Source: a bacterium (GTDB taxonomy: Bacteria > Hinthialibacterota > Hinthialibacteria > Hinthialibacterales > Hinthialibacteraceae). From it: DNA of 64,000 bases. A model generated the notes under the pieces. That model was not told where the DNA came from, did not search any database, and was given only the letters and a program-made list of their open reading frames with translations. The translations under genes were made by a program, and so were the position numbers. This document shows positions 50,485-59,979 of this stretch, piece after piece. Positions within the stretch are counted from its first letter, which is position 1, and each line of letters begins with the position of its first letter. The stretch is from NCBI GenBank assembly GCA_963662285.2, contig CAXXMV010000006.1, positions 480,001 to 544,000 on the forward strand. Direction: 5' to 3'.

Positions 50485-51648
50485 CTATTCGTCGCCGGAC
50501 GCTTTGCTAACCCTCGTGCGCAGCTGTACTGTGGGCGAATCCGGCATGCCTGCGATGATATCCTCTTCTCTGAACCGGACCAGCAGGATTTCGCGTTGAT
50601 CTTTACGGGAATAATCGTAGATGATATGGATAACGCCGTTTTTGTCTTGTTGACCATCGGGGTAAGAGACTCCCTCTCTCTTGTCCAGCAATAGGCCGCC
50701 TTGCCAGGTCTTGCCGTCGTCTTTGGATAGGTAGGCCGTCAGGTGCGAGCGTCCGGTGCGTACTGTGATGGGGCCGTGTTTGACCAGCAGCAGGTTGCCC
50801 GATTGAAGGCGCCGGATAAAGAAACGGGCGGTTGGATGCTCTATGCCGCTGGGAACCAGTGGACTCCAGGTTTTGCCCCGGTCTTGGGATACGCTTTGGC
50901 CGATGCCATACTTGACCCGTACCAGCATCCATAGCGAACCGTCTTTTCTTTCGATGATCATGTGCTCGTCGAAAATCCGCACGTCAACAGGAATATTGCA
51001 GGCGCCTTCAAGGTCCCAGGTCTTACCCGAATCCCGCGATACAATCAGGCGGGCGCTGTCATCAGTTTCTCTCCAGGTGGAAGCGGGCAGAATCCATTCT
51101 CCAGTTGAAAGCACGGTTGGCTTGCACATCATTACTCCATCGGTAAGGCGCTGAGGTTTCGACCATGTTGGCTTAGCCGCATCGGGATTGCTTGTAGTCA
51201 TGCTCCACACCCCGGCTATCGTGCCGTTGTGACCGATGGTTTGCGCCCAGAACGACCATAGTTTTCCAGTGGGATCAATCCAGACTTCAGGGTCGTAAGC
51301 CCGCACCGGACCGTCGCCGTCTGGATCAATTATATGTAATTCTTTCCAGCTGGCGCCGTTATCTCCGCTGGTCGCCACGACTACGTAGTTGTTCTCATCT
51401 TCCGCTGGAGTCTTCCCGGCATACCAGGTAGCCCAAAGCCGCCCATTAGGAGCAATAGCCAGACTGGGGATGCCCTGAAAAGCACGCGACAAAACCGCAT
51501 GATCAGCTCTAGGGCAATCAAGCACCTGCGGCGATGCTTTGAATAACTCCTCAGCGCATAAACCCGGTAGGGCGCCGCTGATGAGAACTATTAACAATGC
51601 CAGTAATACCTTCTTCGGTCGTATTAATATAAACATAGTTTTCTCCAT
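50485..51648 (-). CDS. Secreted sialidase-family (BNR/Asp-box) protein
   Basis: Signal peptide; QGIP motif; Asp-boxes SGDNGASW, SRDSGKTW, SQDRGKTW and SKDDGKTW; SYPD. Confidence 0.85.
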   Translation of the reverse strand: MEKTMFILIRPKKVLLALLIVLISGALPGLCAEELFKASPQVLDCPRADHAVLSRAFQGIPSLAIAPNGRLWATWYAGKTPAEDENNYVVVATSGDNGASWKELHIIDPDGDGPVRAYDPEVWIDPTGKLWSFWAQTIGHNGTIAGVWSMTTSNPDAAKPTWSKPQRLTDGVMMCKPTVLSTGEWILPASTWRETDDSARLIVSRDSGKTWDLEGACNIPVDVRIFDEHMIIERKDGSLWMLVRVKYGIGQSVSQDRGKTWSPLVPSGIEHPTARFFIRRLQSGNLLLVKHGPITVRTGRSHLTAYLSKDDGKTWQGGLLLDKREGVSYPDGQQDKNGVIHIIYDYSRKDQREILLVRFREEDIIAGMPDSPTVQLRTRVSKASGDE

Positions 51649-51863
51649 GATGTGGTATACAGCTGAATAAAAACTATTCTATGTTATCACGATTATGATG
51701 TTGAAGGGAGGAATGGCTAATAGGGGATCAATAAAACTTAAATATTGATTGGTTTATGAGTTCAAGAATAAAACTTCTATAGACAATTCTGCACTATTAA
51801 TGCTACTTTAAGGCATCGAAATGACGTTGATCATATAAACTAAATCAAAATGGAGAAACAAAA

Positions 51864-52625
51864 ATGGATCAGGTAGTATCTATTATGCCGTGTTTGGATA
51901 TGCAAAATGGCCGGGTGGTGAAAGGCGTTCATTTCATCGATATTCAGGATGCAGGGGATCCCGTGGAATGCGCCAAGGCGTATTGTCAGGCAGGCGCCGA
52001 TGAACTCGCATTGCTTGACATCACCGCCACTATCGAAGGCAGAAAAACCATGTTGGATGTGGTTAGTCGAGTTGCGGAGGTGACCACGGTTCCCTTTACG
52101 GTGGGCGGAGGGATTTTTGACGTTGCATCCGCTGAGAAGGTTCTGGAGGCTGGCGCCAATAAGATTTCTACTAGCAGCGCGGCTTTCCGAAAACCTGAAA
52201 TCATCAAGGAGATGGTCGAGACCTTTGGCGCCGATAAAGTCACGGTGGCTATCGATGTCGATCAGAACGCCAGTATGCCATCGGGCTACGAAGTCTACAT
52301 CGACGGGGGACGCACGGCGACCGGCGCCGATGCGATTGAATGGGCCAAAAAAGTGGATGGCTATGGCGTGAGCGTGATTCTACCTACCAGCAAAGCCGGC
52401 GATGGCGCCAAAACGGGCTACGATCTTCCCGTGATCCGGGCTATCGCGAATGCCGTATCCGCAACAGTCGTAGCCTCAGGCGGCGCGGGAAAATTAGAGC
52501 ATTTCTACGAAGCAGTCGAAGCAGGAGCAATGGTCTTACTCGCAGCATCAGTATTTCATTACCACACCATCGATATCCCCGAACTAAAAGAGTATTTGCG
52601 CTCCCGGAATGTTAAGGTGAAATAA
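51864..52625 (+). CDS. hisF: Imidazole glycerol phosphate synthase cyclase subunit (stand-alone)
   Basis: IMPCLD...RVVKGV, GADEL, PFTVGGGI, ASGGAG and LAASVFH motifs. Confidence 0.92.
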   Translation: MDQVVSIMPCLDMQNGRVVKGVHFIDIQDAGDPVECAKAYCQAGADELALLDITATIEGRKTMLDVVSRVAEVTTVPFTVGGGIFDVASAEKVLEAGANKISTSSAAFRKPEIIKEMVETFGADKVTVAIDVDQNASMPSGYEVYIDGGRTATGADAIEWAKKVDGYGVSVILPTSKAGDGAKTGYDLPVIRAIANAVSATVVASGGAGKLEHFYEAVEAGAMVLLAASVFHYHTIDIPELKEYLRSRNVKVK

Positions 52626-52669
52626 CCTGAAGTTTATGCTTTGGTTAAGTTGATGTAATATTCTATGGT

Positions 52670-52713
52670 TTGATCAAGGGCTGGACTGCGAAGCGGTCTG
52701 GCCCTTGGCGCCC
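52670..52713 (+). repeat. REP-like nested hairpin, family B
   Basis: TTGATCAAGGGCTGGACTGCGAAGCGGTCTGGCCCTTGGCGCCC. Confidence 0.75.
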
Positions 52714-52925
52714 ATCGCCTATTCTATGCTGATGCGATTATGGTGTTGAGGGGGAGCGGGGGTTGTATGGTGATTGATGATACGCCATGGGATTTTCGAT
52801 ACTCATAAATCCCATTTTCCATCATGCCGTTTTATGTAAGTAATCTAATATCTCCACCCAATCGGGAGTATTATCGAAAATTAATTGATATTTTTCTATC
52901 CCATATTTCAAGAGAGGTGTGGATT

Positions 52926-53723
52926 ATGAAGAAAACATCAGGAATTGGAACTGCTCATTTGATTTTGTTAGTAATTGGGGCATTACTGTGCGTTACGGGA
53001 ACTCCGTATGCTCAGGAAATACTGAACATTGATTTTTCCGCCGCCCAGGGATACATCGACGATTTCGTGGTGGGACAACCGGCTGGCGCGGACAACCAAT
53101 GGCTGGATCTAGTGGATACGGGGATTTCCGGTATTGTCGCAGCCGACTTTTATTTCATTGAGAATGAGAAACTGATCGTATTACAGGAGGGCGGGGGGGC
53201 TTCGTGGATTTACATCATGTTCCCGCCTCAGACAGAAGGCGATCTGATCCTCACCTGGGACTGGCAATATGTCGGTCCGGAGGATCAAAATATTGACGTG
53301 GGAATCAATCTCAGCGATAGCGCGAATTACAGTTTGGACATCACGGAGGGTTCTCTATCCGGTTGGGGACGTCAAACGACAACCGCCCGGATGCAACAAG
53401 ACGACAGCGTCGTTGATCTATACAACAGCAGCGCCTACGAAGCCCTGGAACCCTATAGTTACGCGGATGGAGCCATCATTTCCATGCGGTATATCGTTCA
53501 TCTCGACCAGAAATCCTTTGATGTGTATGCCAAAAAAGAAGGAGAAGCGGAAGTCGCGCTGGGTATCAATTACGGGTACCGCCGGGATGTCAGCGCCGAA
53601 ACCAACGGTCTGGATCATCTTTCCATTTGGGTAAGCGGCAGCGCAAGCACCGAATGTCATATCGATAACATCATAATCATGGCTGGAGATACGCCTGTTT
53701 CGGATTGGTTTTTATACGAGTGA
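52926..53723 (+). CDS. Secreted acidic beta-sandwich-like protein ending TPVSDWFLYE
   Basis: GAGG RBS and ATG at 52926; signal peptide ending ...TPYA-QE; HIDNIII terminal strand typical of jelly-roll domains. Confidence 0.75.
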   Translation: MKKTSGIGTAHLILLVIGALLCVTGTPYAQEILNIDFSAAQGYIDDFVVGQPAGADNQWLDLVDTGISGIVAADFYFIENEKLIVLQEGGGASWIYIMFPPQTEGDLILTWDWQYVGPEDQNIDVGINLSDSANYSLDITEGSLSGWGRQTTTARMQQDDSVVDLYNSSAYEALEPYSYADGAIISMRYIVHLDQKSFDVYAKKEGEAEVALGINYGYRRDVSAETNGLDHLSIWVSGSASTECHIDNIIIMAGDTPVSDWFLYE

Positions 53724-53734
53724 AATAACTGCGT

Positions 53735-53985
53735 TAACCTTTCAGGGCGCGTTTGTAGAGGCCTTCAAACCGCCGGATGATTTGGTCCGGCGGATTAACG
53801 TGTTGTAAAGTTCGTCCAGATTGCCCGGAGCGGTATCCGGCGAACACCACCTGTTGTTCCACGCCAAAGCGCGCAACATTACTACATGATCAGCATCAGG
53901 ACAATCAACCACCTGTGGCGGCGCCTTGAATAACTCCTCAGCGCATAACCCAGGCAGGGCTCCGCTAACCAGAACCAGTAATATA
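53735..53985 (-). pseudogene. Mosaic relic: diverged copy of the sialidase 5' end plus glycosyltransferase-like fragments
   Basis: 53866-53985 encodes LVSGALPGLCAEELFKAPPQVVDCPDADH, compared with LISGALPGLCAEELFKASPQVLDCPRADH in 50485..51648. It is followed by RFGVEQQVVFAGYRS and IIRRFEGLYKRALKG*. Confidence 0.65.
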
Positions 53986-54149
53986 TTCGTTTGAGTGATA
54001 TTGAAATTTCTGACTGAAAATTATTCATTATTATTTAGATCCTCTATAGCATTATTGAAAATGTATTAGTAGTATTTCTATTTTTATGAATTATTGTTTT
54101 GCATAATGTTATTGAATATTCAAATGTTAGGAGATTCACAAACAGAATA

Positions 54150-54836
54150 ATGTCGAAATCAAGAACTTTATTTTTGAAATTTGAATCTTTATCACGACAA
54201 GGTGAAGAAGGATTGCTTGTAATTAGACTTATGATGGCATTTAATGATCTTGCTTTGACAAATGAGTGCCTGGATATTTTTAAAAAACGTTATGATCAAG
54301 ATAAGTCTAATAAAAATCATGGTGCGTCCATGTATTTTATACGAATTCAACATAGTCATTTAAATGAAGCAATGAAGATTGTAAAAGAAATCAAAGACAA
54401 TGAACAATTATTAATTATTAAAGATAATTGCTCAGATAAGGCTCAGAAAGCATTTGTAAATCTTCTGGATTATCTCCCTACTGGATCAAAACATAAAAAA
54501 TTTGAACGTTATGTTGGTCGGATTAGAAACAATATTACTTTTCATTATGATGAAAATAATAAATTAATAAAAAAATATGTTGAAAAACGAGCAAAACATA
54601 GTAAAGGTAATAGTACCTCTATCACAAAAGGTGATTCAGGTTCTGAATGGAGATTTAAAGCGGCAGATGATGTTGTAAGTAGTATTATTTGTAGGGACAT
54701 TTGGGAAATACCTTATACAGAGGATATTAAGGAGGCAGAATATAATGCTTTAGGATTTTCTTATGAAATATTTACATATTTTATGGACTTTGCTGGAGAA
54801 TTTATTTACGAGTATTGTCGAAAATATGCTGTTTAA
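54150..54836 (+). CDS. Low-GC hypothetical protein with a possible HEPN domain
   Basis: AT-rich and apparently helical; R-x5-H motif RNNITFH. The start is uncertain (54099 or 54150). Confidence 0.55.
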   Translation: MSKSRTLFLKFESLSRQGEEGLLVIRLMMAFNDLALTNECLDIFKKRYDQDKSNKNHGASMYFIRIQHSHLNEAMKIVKEIKDNEQLLIIKDNCSDKAQKAFVNLLDYLPTGSKHKKFERYVGRIRNNITFHYDENNKLIKKYVEKRAKHSKGNSTSITKGDSGSEWRFKAADDVVSSIICRDIWEIPYTEDIKEAEYNALGFSYEIFTYFMDFAGEFIYEYCRKYAV

Positions 54837-55051
54837 TCATCATCCACTATTCATAAGTGTTTGATACATACACAAATCGAAATTGGACCTAAAGAGGGAT
54901 TTTTGCACCCATCATCTCCACTCCCCAGCGTTGAAATCCCCCTTATATCCACAAAAAACCAAAACAAATACTTGATCACGAACCATTCTTGTCCAACAAT
55001 AGGGCTTATGGATGCGGAAATATAATATAGAAGCCGGGAGATTTGGTTAAA

Positions 55052-55801
55052 ATGGGTAAAAAGTTGAAGGGCGTTATTACTGCCGGGGGGTTGGGTACGC
55101 GGTTGCGGCCTATGACCCGTATTACTAATAAGCATCTGTTGCCCGTTTATGATAAACCGATGATCTTCTATCCCATCGAGACATTGGTGCAGGCGGGGAT
55201 TGAGGAGATTATGATTATCACCGGGGGCAACCATGCCGGGGATTTTCTTCCTATGCTGGGCGACGGGCGGGAATTCGGGCTGAAGATGATGCACTATACC
55301 TACCAGGCACGTGAAGGCGGCATCGCTGAAGCGATATCCCTTACGCGCGAGTTTGTGGGCGGCGACAATGTATTGGTAATGCTGGGTGACAATATCATTG
55401 AAAAGAATATTGTCTCCTATGTGGAAAACTTCCGCCAGCAGGGACATGGTGCCCGGATTTTACTTAAAGAGGTGGAGCATCCCGAACAATACGGGGTGCC
55501 TACTTTGGATGAGAACAATCGGATTACTACTATTACCGAGAAGCCTCAGAATCCTGCTACACGGTTTGCGGTAACCGGTATATATATGTATGATCACCGC
55601 GTGTTTGACATTATCAGCCAATTGGAACCATCCAAACGCGGGGAATTTGAGATTACCGACGTCAACAACGCCTATTTGGCATCGGGCGAGTTAGAATACG
55701 ATATACTGGATGGCTGGTGGGCCGATTGCGGCGAGACGCGCTCTTCTTTGCATGAGGCAGGGTGTCTGGTAGCTCAGAGCCGCGCCCAGGCAATGTCTTA
55801 A
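55052..55801 (+). CDS. Sugar-phosphate nucleotidyltransferase (glucose-1-phosphate thymidylyltransferase-like)
   Basis: AGGLGTRLRPMT, KHLLPVYDKPMI, LGDN, EKP and RGEFEITD motifs. Confidence 0.9.
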   Translation: MGKKLKGVITAGGLGTRLRPMTRITNKHLLPVYDKPMIFYPIETLVQAGIEEIMIITGGNHAGDFLPMLGDGREFGLKMMHYTYQAREGGIAEAISLTREFVGGDNVLVMLGDNIIEKNIVSYVENFRQQGHGARILLKEVEHPEQYGVPTLDENNRITTITEKPQNPATRFAVTGIYMYDHRVFDIISQLEPSKRGEFEITDVNNAYLASGELEYDILDGWWADCGETRSSLHEAGCLVAQSRAQAMS

Positions 55802-55822
55802 GTTAAGGGATTTCAAACTATC

Positions 55823-55940
55823 GTAGGTGGCTTGATCAAGGGCTGAGCGCAATGCGCTCTTGCCCTTGGCACCCGCCTTTAGTTAATATTGGGTGGCTTG
55901 ATCAAGGGCTGACCGCTTTGCGGTCTTGCCCTTGGCGCCC
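55823..55940 (+). repeat. Two tandem family B REP-like hairpins
   Basis: 55823-55874 and 55891-55940, both GGTGGCTTGATCAAGGGCTGA..(inner hairpin)..TCTTGCCCTTGGC[A/G]CCC. Confidence 0.85.
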
Positions 55941-56053
55941 ATCAATTGAAAATCTAAGGTTATCGAAAACAACCCCTCTTGAATTCTCCTCCAGGTTTGG
56001 GGGATAGGGATTTTGGAGATATAAACAGTTTACAAAAATAAAGAAAGAGAAAT

Positions 56054-57307
56054 ATGACTCAATCCAACGGCAATCCTCTCCTGCCATATACCGAACGCCG
56101 TCTGCAATGCGGCATGACCCTGGTTCATAAAGAGATAAAATCCGCGCCTATTGTGGCGATTGATATTTGGGTGCATACCGGCGCTATTCATGACCCTGAA
56201 CAGGCTTTCGGTTTATCGCATTTTTATGAACACATGTTCTTCAAAGGAACCGAACGCCATGGGGTAGGCGAGATGGACCGCATCATCACGGCGCTGGGCG
56301 GCTATAACAACGCCGCCACCTCGTTGGATTACACCCATTATTACGTGGTATTGCCCTCAGCGGGTTGGAAGCAGGCGCTTGAGGTCTTGCTTGATTCACT
56401 GCTGAATCCCAACTTTGATCCTGAAGAGATTGAGCGGGAACGTGAAGTTATCATCGAAGAGATCAAACGTCACGAAGACAATCCCTGGTCTAAGATATAC
56501 GAAGAGTTCACCCAGAAATCATTTGATCTATGTCCTTACCGCCGTAGCGTTTTGGGTACGGTTGAGTCTTTGCAGACTATTCAGCGCGATACTTTCAATG
56601 ATTATCTGAAATCACGTTATTGCCCGGATAATGTTTCGTTGTGCATCGTGGGAGATGCGTCTCTGGCAGAGGTGGAAACGTTGTGCAACCAGTGTATGAG
56701 CCATGCTCCAACCGCCGCTTTGCATGATGCGCCGCTGGACTGGGGCATTATTGATGAACCGCAGGAAATTGTGCTTGAACGCGACGTCAATCAAGCCTAT
56801 CTGTTGATCGGTTTTCCAACCAGGAATGTTTTTGATACGCCTGATGAATATTCGCTGGATCTGCTCTCTATAATACTTGGTGAAGGCCGTTCATCCCGGA
56901 TGCATCAGCGTTTGCACGATAACCTAGGTCTAGTATCATCAATCAGTTGCACGGCCTGGACGATGAAATACGCCGGATTGTTCCTCATCGAAGCAGTAAC
57001 TGAGGTGGATAAACTGGAGCGGGTGGAGACGGAAATTAATGATGAGATGAAGCGTATCCGTGAGACGATCACCGAAGAGGAACTGGAGAAAGCCAAAAGC
57101 ATCACTCACGCAGATTTCGCATTTTCAAACGAAAAAATGATATCCATAGCCCACACTTTCGGTTATAGTCGATTGACGACTAATATTGAGCATGCCTTAC
57201 ATTACCTGGAAAACACGGATGCAGTGACCATCGATCAGATGTATGACAGTTTGGATCAATTGATCGTCGATCACCGGCGCTGCAAAGGCCTTTTGCTGCC
57301 GAAATAA
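56054..57307 (+). CDS. M16 (pitrilysin) family zinc peptidase
   Basis: Inverted zinc motif HFYEH; NAATS; EREVIIEE; ILGEGRSSR. Confidence 0.93.
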   Translation: MTQSNGNPLLPYTERRLQCGMTLVHKEIKSAPIVAIDIWVHTGAIHDPEQAFGLSHFYEHMFFKGTERHGVGEMDRIITALGGYNNAATSLDYTHYYVVLPSAGWKQALEVLLDSLLNPNFDPEEIEREREVIIEEIKRHEDNPWSKIYEEFTQKSFDLCPYRRSVLGTVESLQTIQRDTFNDYLKSRYCPDNVSLCIVGDASLAEVETLCNQCMSHAPTAALHDAPLDWGIIDEPQEIVLERDVNQAYLLIGFPTRNVFDTPDEYSLDLLSIILGEGRSSRMHQRLHDNLGLVSSISCTAWTMKYAGLFLIEAVTEVDKLERVETEINDEMKRIRETITEEELEKAKSITHADFAFSNEKMISIAHTFGYSRLTTNIEHALHYLENTDAVTIDQMYDSLDQLIVDHRRCKGLLLPK

Positions 57308-57315
57308 GCGAAATC

Positions 57316-58164
57316 ATGCTTTTTCTTTTTTTGTTATCAATATCAGTTTGGGGAATGTTGCAAGCAATATTATTGACTCCTGAGACGATAGAGCAGGGCG
57401 CCATGGATGTTTCACTGGCGCTTGCTTTAAGCGAGTGGGTGATATTGACTGTTGTGATGGGCTATGTCGCGTTCCTGCTCAATGATGCCGGGTTACGGGC
57501 GGCGGCGCCTAAGCAGGCGCAGCGCCGCTGGATGCCGATTGCATCCACCGTGGTATTTTCGGGCATTATGGCTATAGCCACATTCGGCGCATGGGTTCCG
57601 ATTGAGATCAGCGCGCTGCTGGCTTCTCCCTGTATTTTCCTGCCGCCATTGAGTTACCGGGCATCAACTTTCCATAAAACCAAAGAAGAGCCTTCCTTAT
57701 TCAATTTAGAAGAGAGATGCCGGACGCTTGATGCGGCCAAATCGTCATCATTGATCCAGCAATTTCTGCAACGGTATCCTTATCCCAAGGTATATGTTTA
57801 CCGCAACTCCAATTCTCATTCAGCTGGCGGTCTGTTCTTTCATAGCCGTGAAAGGCTCAAGGTTCCGCTGACAACTCATCTGGAAGTGACTTTGAATTGT
57901 CCATTCACCTCCAAAGTGGGCGTAATGGCTGAAGGCCGCGAAATCTTCCGGGCTTATTTACACCGACCATACCCATCAGGCAGTGTTATTCTTGATCTTC
58001 CGCATAATAATTGGGATGATTGGCTGATTGGCTTACCCCAAAGAGATTGGTTTTCCAGGATCAAAGAACTGGATGATAGAGAAAAAAGTCATCCCTGCAT
58101 CAAAGGTTTGCCCTGCCAGTTTCATGAGAGCAACTGGACATGGCAGGCGATTGAATTGACTTGA
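57316..58164 (+). CDS. Hypothetical membrane protein
   Basis: About four N-terminal TM helices and a soluble C-terminal domain; starts 8 nt after the peptidase stop. Confidence 0.6.
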   Translation: MLFLFLLSISVWGMLQAILLTPETIEQGAMDVSLALALSEWVILTVVMGYVAFLLNDAGLRAAAPKQAQRRWMPIASTVVFSGIMAIATFGAWVPIEISALLASPCIFLPPLSYRASTFHKTKEEPSLFNLEERCRTLDAAKSSSLIQQFLQRYPYPKVYVYRNSNSHSAGGLFFHSRERLKVPLTTHLEVTLNCPFTSKVGVMAEGREIFRAYLHRPYPSGSVILDLPHNNWDDWLIGLPQRDWFSRIKELDDREKSHPCIKGLPCQFHESNWTWQAIELT

Positions 58165-58246
58165 TTTTACCTGGTTTTACTTGGTTATTGAGGCTTTCCT
58201 ACTCCCGATTAGGCAATGGCAATGTTGCGTATACCGCCAGATAGGT

Positions 58247-59623
58247 CTAACTGATATCTTTCCCTAACACATGCCTCAAGGCCATTTCTAAATTAGGATG
58301 CCGGAAATCATAACCAGTTTCAAGCAAAACAGCCGGGTTAACTCTGGCGCTGGATAAAAGCAGGGCTTCCCCCATCTCTCCAAAAACCTGCTTCACCACG
58401 AAAGCAGGTAAAGGGATAAAGGTCGAACGGCGTAATACTTTGCCTAATGTCTTGGTAAATATTCGATTGTCTACCGGATATGGCGCCACTAAATTTACCG
58501 GGCCGTGAATATCTTTTTCCGTTAATATGTGATATATCGCGCCGATCAGATCATCAATGGCAATCCAGCTGATAAACTGTTCGCCATTGCCAATGACGCC
58601 GCCTACTCCCATCCGAAAAGGTAGAAGCATTTGTTTTAGCGCTCCACCTTGAGGCGTGAGAACTACGCCAATCCGCAAATGAACAACTCTAATCCCCCGC
58701 ATGATAGCCGGTTCTGCGGCTTGCTCCCATTGAAGGCAGACCTGCGCCAGAAAATCATCGCCCGGTTCAGTCGATTCATGCAAAATCTCATCACCCCGGT
58801 TGCCATAGTATCCAATGGCTGACGCCAATATTATGGTTTTGGGTGGATGATCCAAACAGCTAATGGATTCGCATAACAAGCGTGCGCCTTGAATCCGGCT
58901 TTCATAAATACGGCGCTTTTTGTCGTCTGTCCACCTACCAGCAATGTTCTCGCCGGCCAAATGGATCACTGCGTCGAATTTTTCCAACTTTGTTGCATCT
59001 TTAAGGCGAACGAATGGGTCCCATTCTATGGAGCCGGGGAATTGTGGAGTCTGTTTGCGCACTAAACGGGTAATTGAATGTCCGCCACTTTGCAGCAAAG
59101 GTATAAGAGCCGATCCCAGCAATCCAGTCGAACCGGAAATCAGGATTTTCTGTGTTGCTCCGGGATGGGATGAAAGTAATTTAATATCATTGATCGTTTG
59201 CCGATGGCGATAGGCGAACATTCGCTTCAGTTCGTTCTGTACATAAAACGATCCTATAGTATTACCCAATGCGCCCAGGGGCATTTTGTACTTTATCCGG
59301 TCTTCCAGAAAACAGGAGTTTTCTCCATCCGGAGTTACTATATGGGTATGCTCCCAACTGGCGAAAGGACCGGATAGTTGAATATCCTGAAACTGTTGGC
59401 CTTCAATATAATTACGATGTTCGACGATCCATTTTTTGCGTAATGGTCCCAGGCGGATTTCCAGTACAGTTCGATCCCCGTCAGCAATTGCGCCGCTGCG
59501 TTCTAATATACGGACGGATTTCCAGGGTGGATTCAACCGCGCAAAGGCGCCGGGCGTCTTATGCCAGTCAAACACAACATGAGCAGGCGCTTCGATCCGG
59601 GAACGATAAGAAAACTGTTGCAT
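58247..59623 (-). CDS. SRPBCC + TIGR01777 (YfcH-like) NAD-dependent epimerase fusion
   Basis: N-terminal FARLNPPW...GPFASWEHTH; then ISGSTGLLG, HLAGENI, ASAIGYYG, RIGVVL and SWIAIDD. Confidence 0.9.
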   Translation of the reverse strand: MQQFSYRSRIEAPAHVVFDWHKTPGAFARLNPPWKSVRILERSGAIADGDRTVLEIRLGPLRKKWIVEHRNYIEGQQFQDIQLSGPFASWEHTHIVTPDGENSCFLEDRIKYKMPLGALGNTIGSFYVQNELKRMFAYRHRQTINDIKLLSSHPGATQKILISGSTGLLGSALIPLLQSGGHSITRLVRKQTPQFPGSIEWDPFVRLKDATKLEKFDAVIHLAGENIAGRWTDDKKRRIYESRIQGARLLCESISCLDHPPKTIILASAIGYYGNRGDEILHESTEPGDDFLAQVCLQWEQAAEPAIMRGIRVVHLRIGVVLTPQGGALKQMLLPFRMGVGGVIGNGEQFISWIAIDDLIGAIYHILTEKDIHGPVNLVAPYPVDNRIFTKTLGKVLRRSTFIPLPAFVVKQVFGEMGEALLLSSARVNPAVLLETGYDFRHPNLEMALRHVLGKDIS

Positions 59624-59979
59624 ATTAAATTCCTTAATCTTTCATCTTTCAGAACGATTTTCGTGATAACATGCAAAAAAATATTCAAATCCATCTTTCT
59701 AACGATATAGTAACAAACAATGCAATGCAAATTTAAAATTATAACTTTCTCAGTATAAATATCCTGGAAATTCTGATAAAAAAATGACATTATGTTATAT
59801 CTAGAGAGAATAAACACATTTCGGGGAACTGTTCTAGTGCTCTTCTAAACCATAAATGTAGAGCAACCAAGTCCCTTATCCTCCGTGGAAAGGGCTTAAG
59901 TAAGGGAGAAATCCTCGAAAATTCATGACGCAAGACTTTATATTGCAATAGCTTAAATCATTTAACGGGAGATATCAAA

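Noticed and set aside
49567-54840. Integron cassette array (single genes separated by hairpins)
   Set aside because: The genes are in mixed orientation, the hairpins lack consistent RYYYAAC...GTTRRRY attC ends, and there is no integrase in the window.
54851-55447. 198-aa minus-strand ORF
   Set aside because: Antisense shadow of the well-supported nucleotidyltransferase gene.
55823-56010. Closely spaced repeats as a possible CRISPR array
   Set aside because: Only two ~50-bp hairpin copies 16 nt apart, with further copies scattered elsewhere. There is no regular repeat-spacer period and no cas gene.
59624-59979. Possible riboswitch in the divergent intergenic region
   Set aside because: Only weak hairpins and a degenerate REP-like stem; I could not match any riboswitch consensus by eye.
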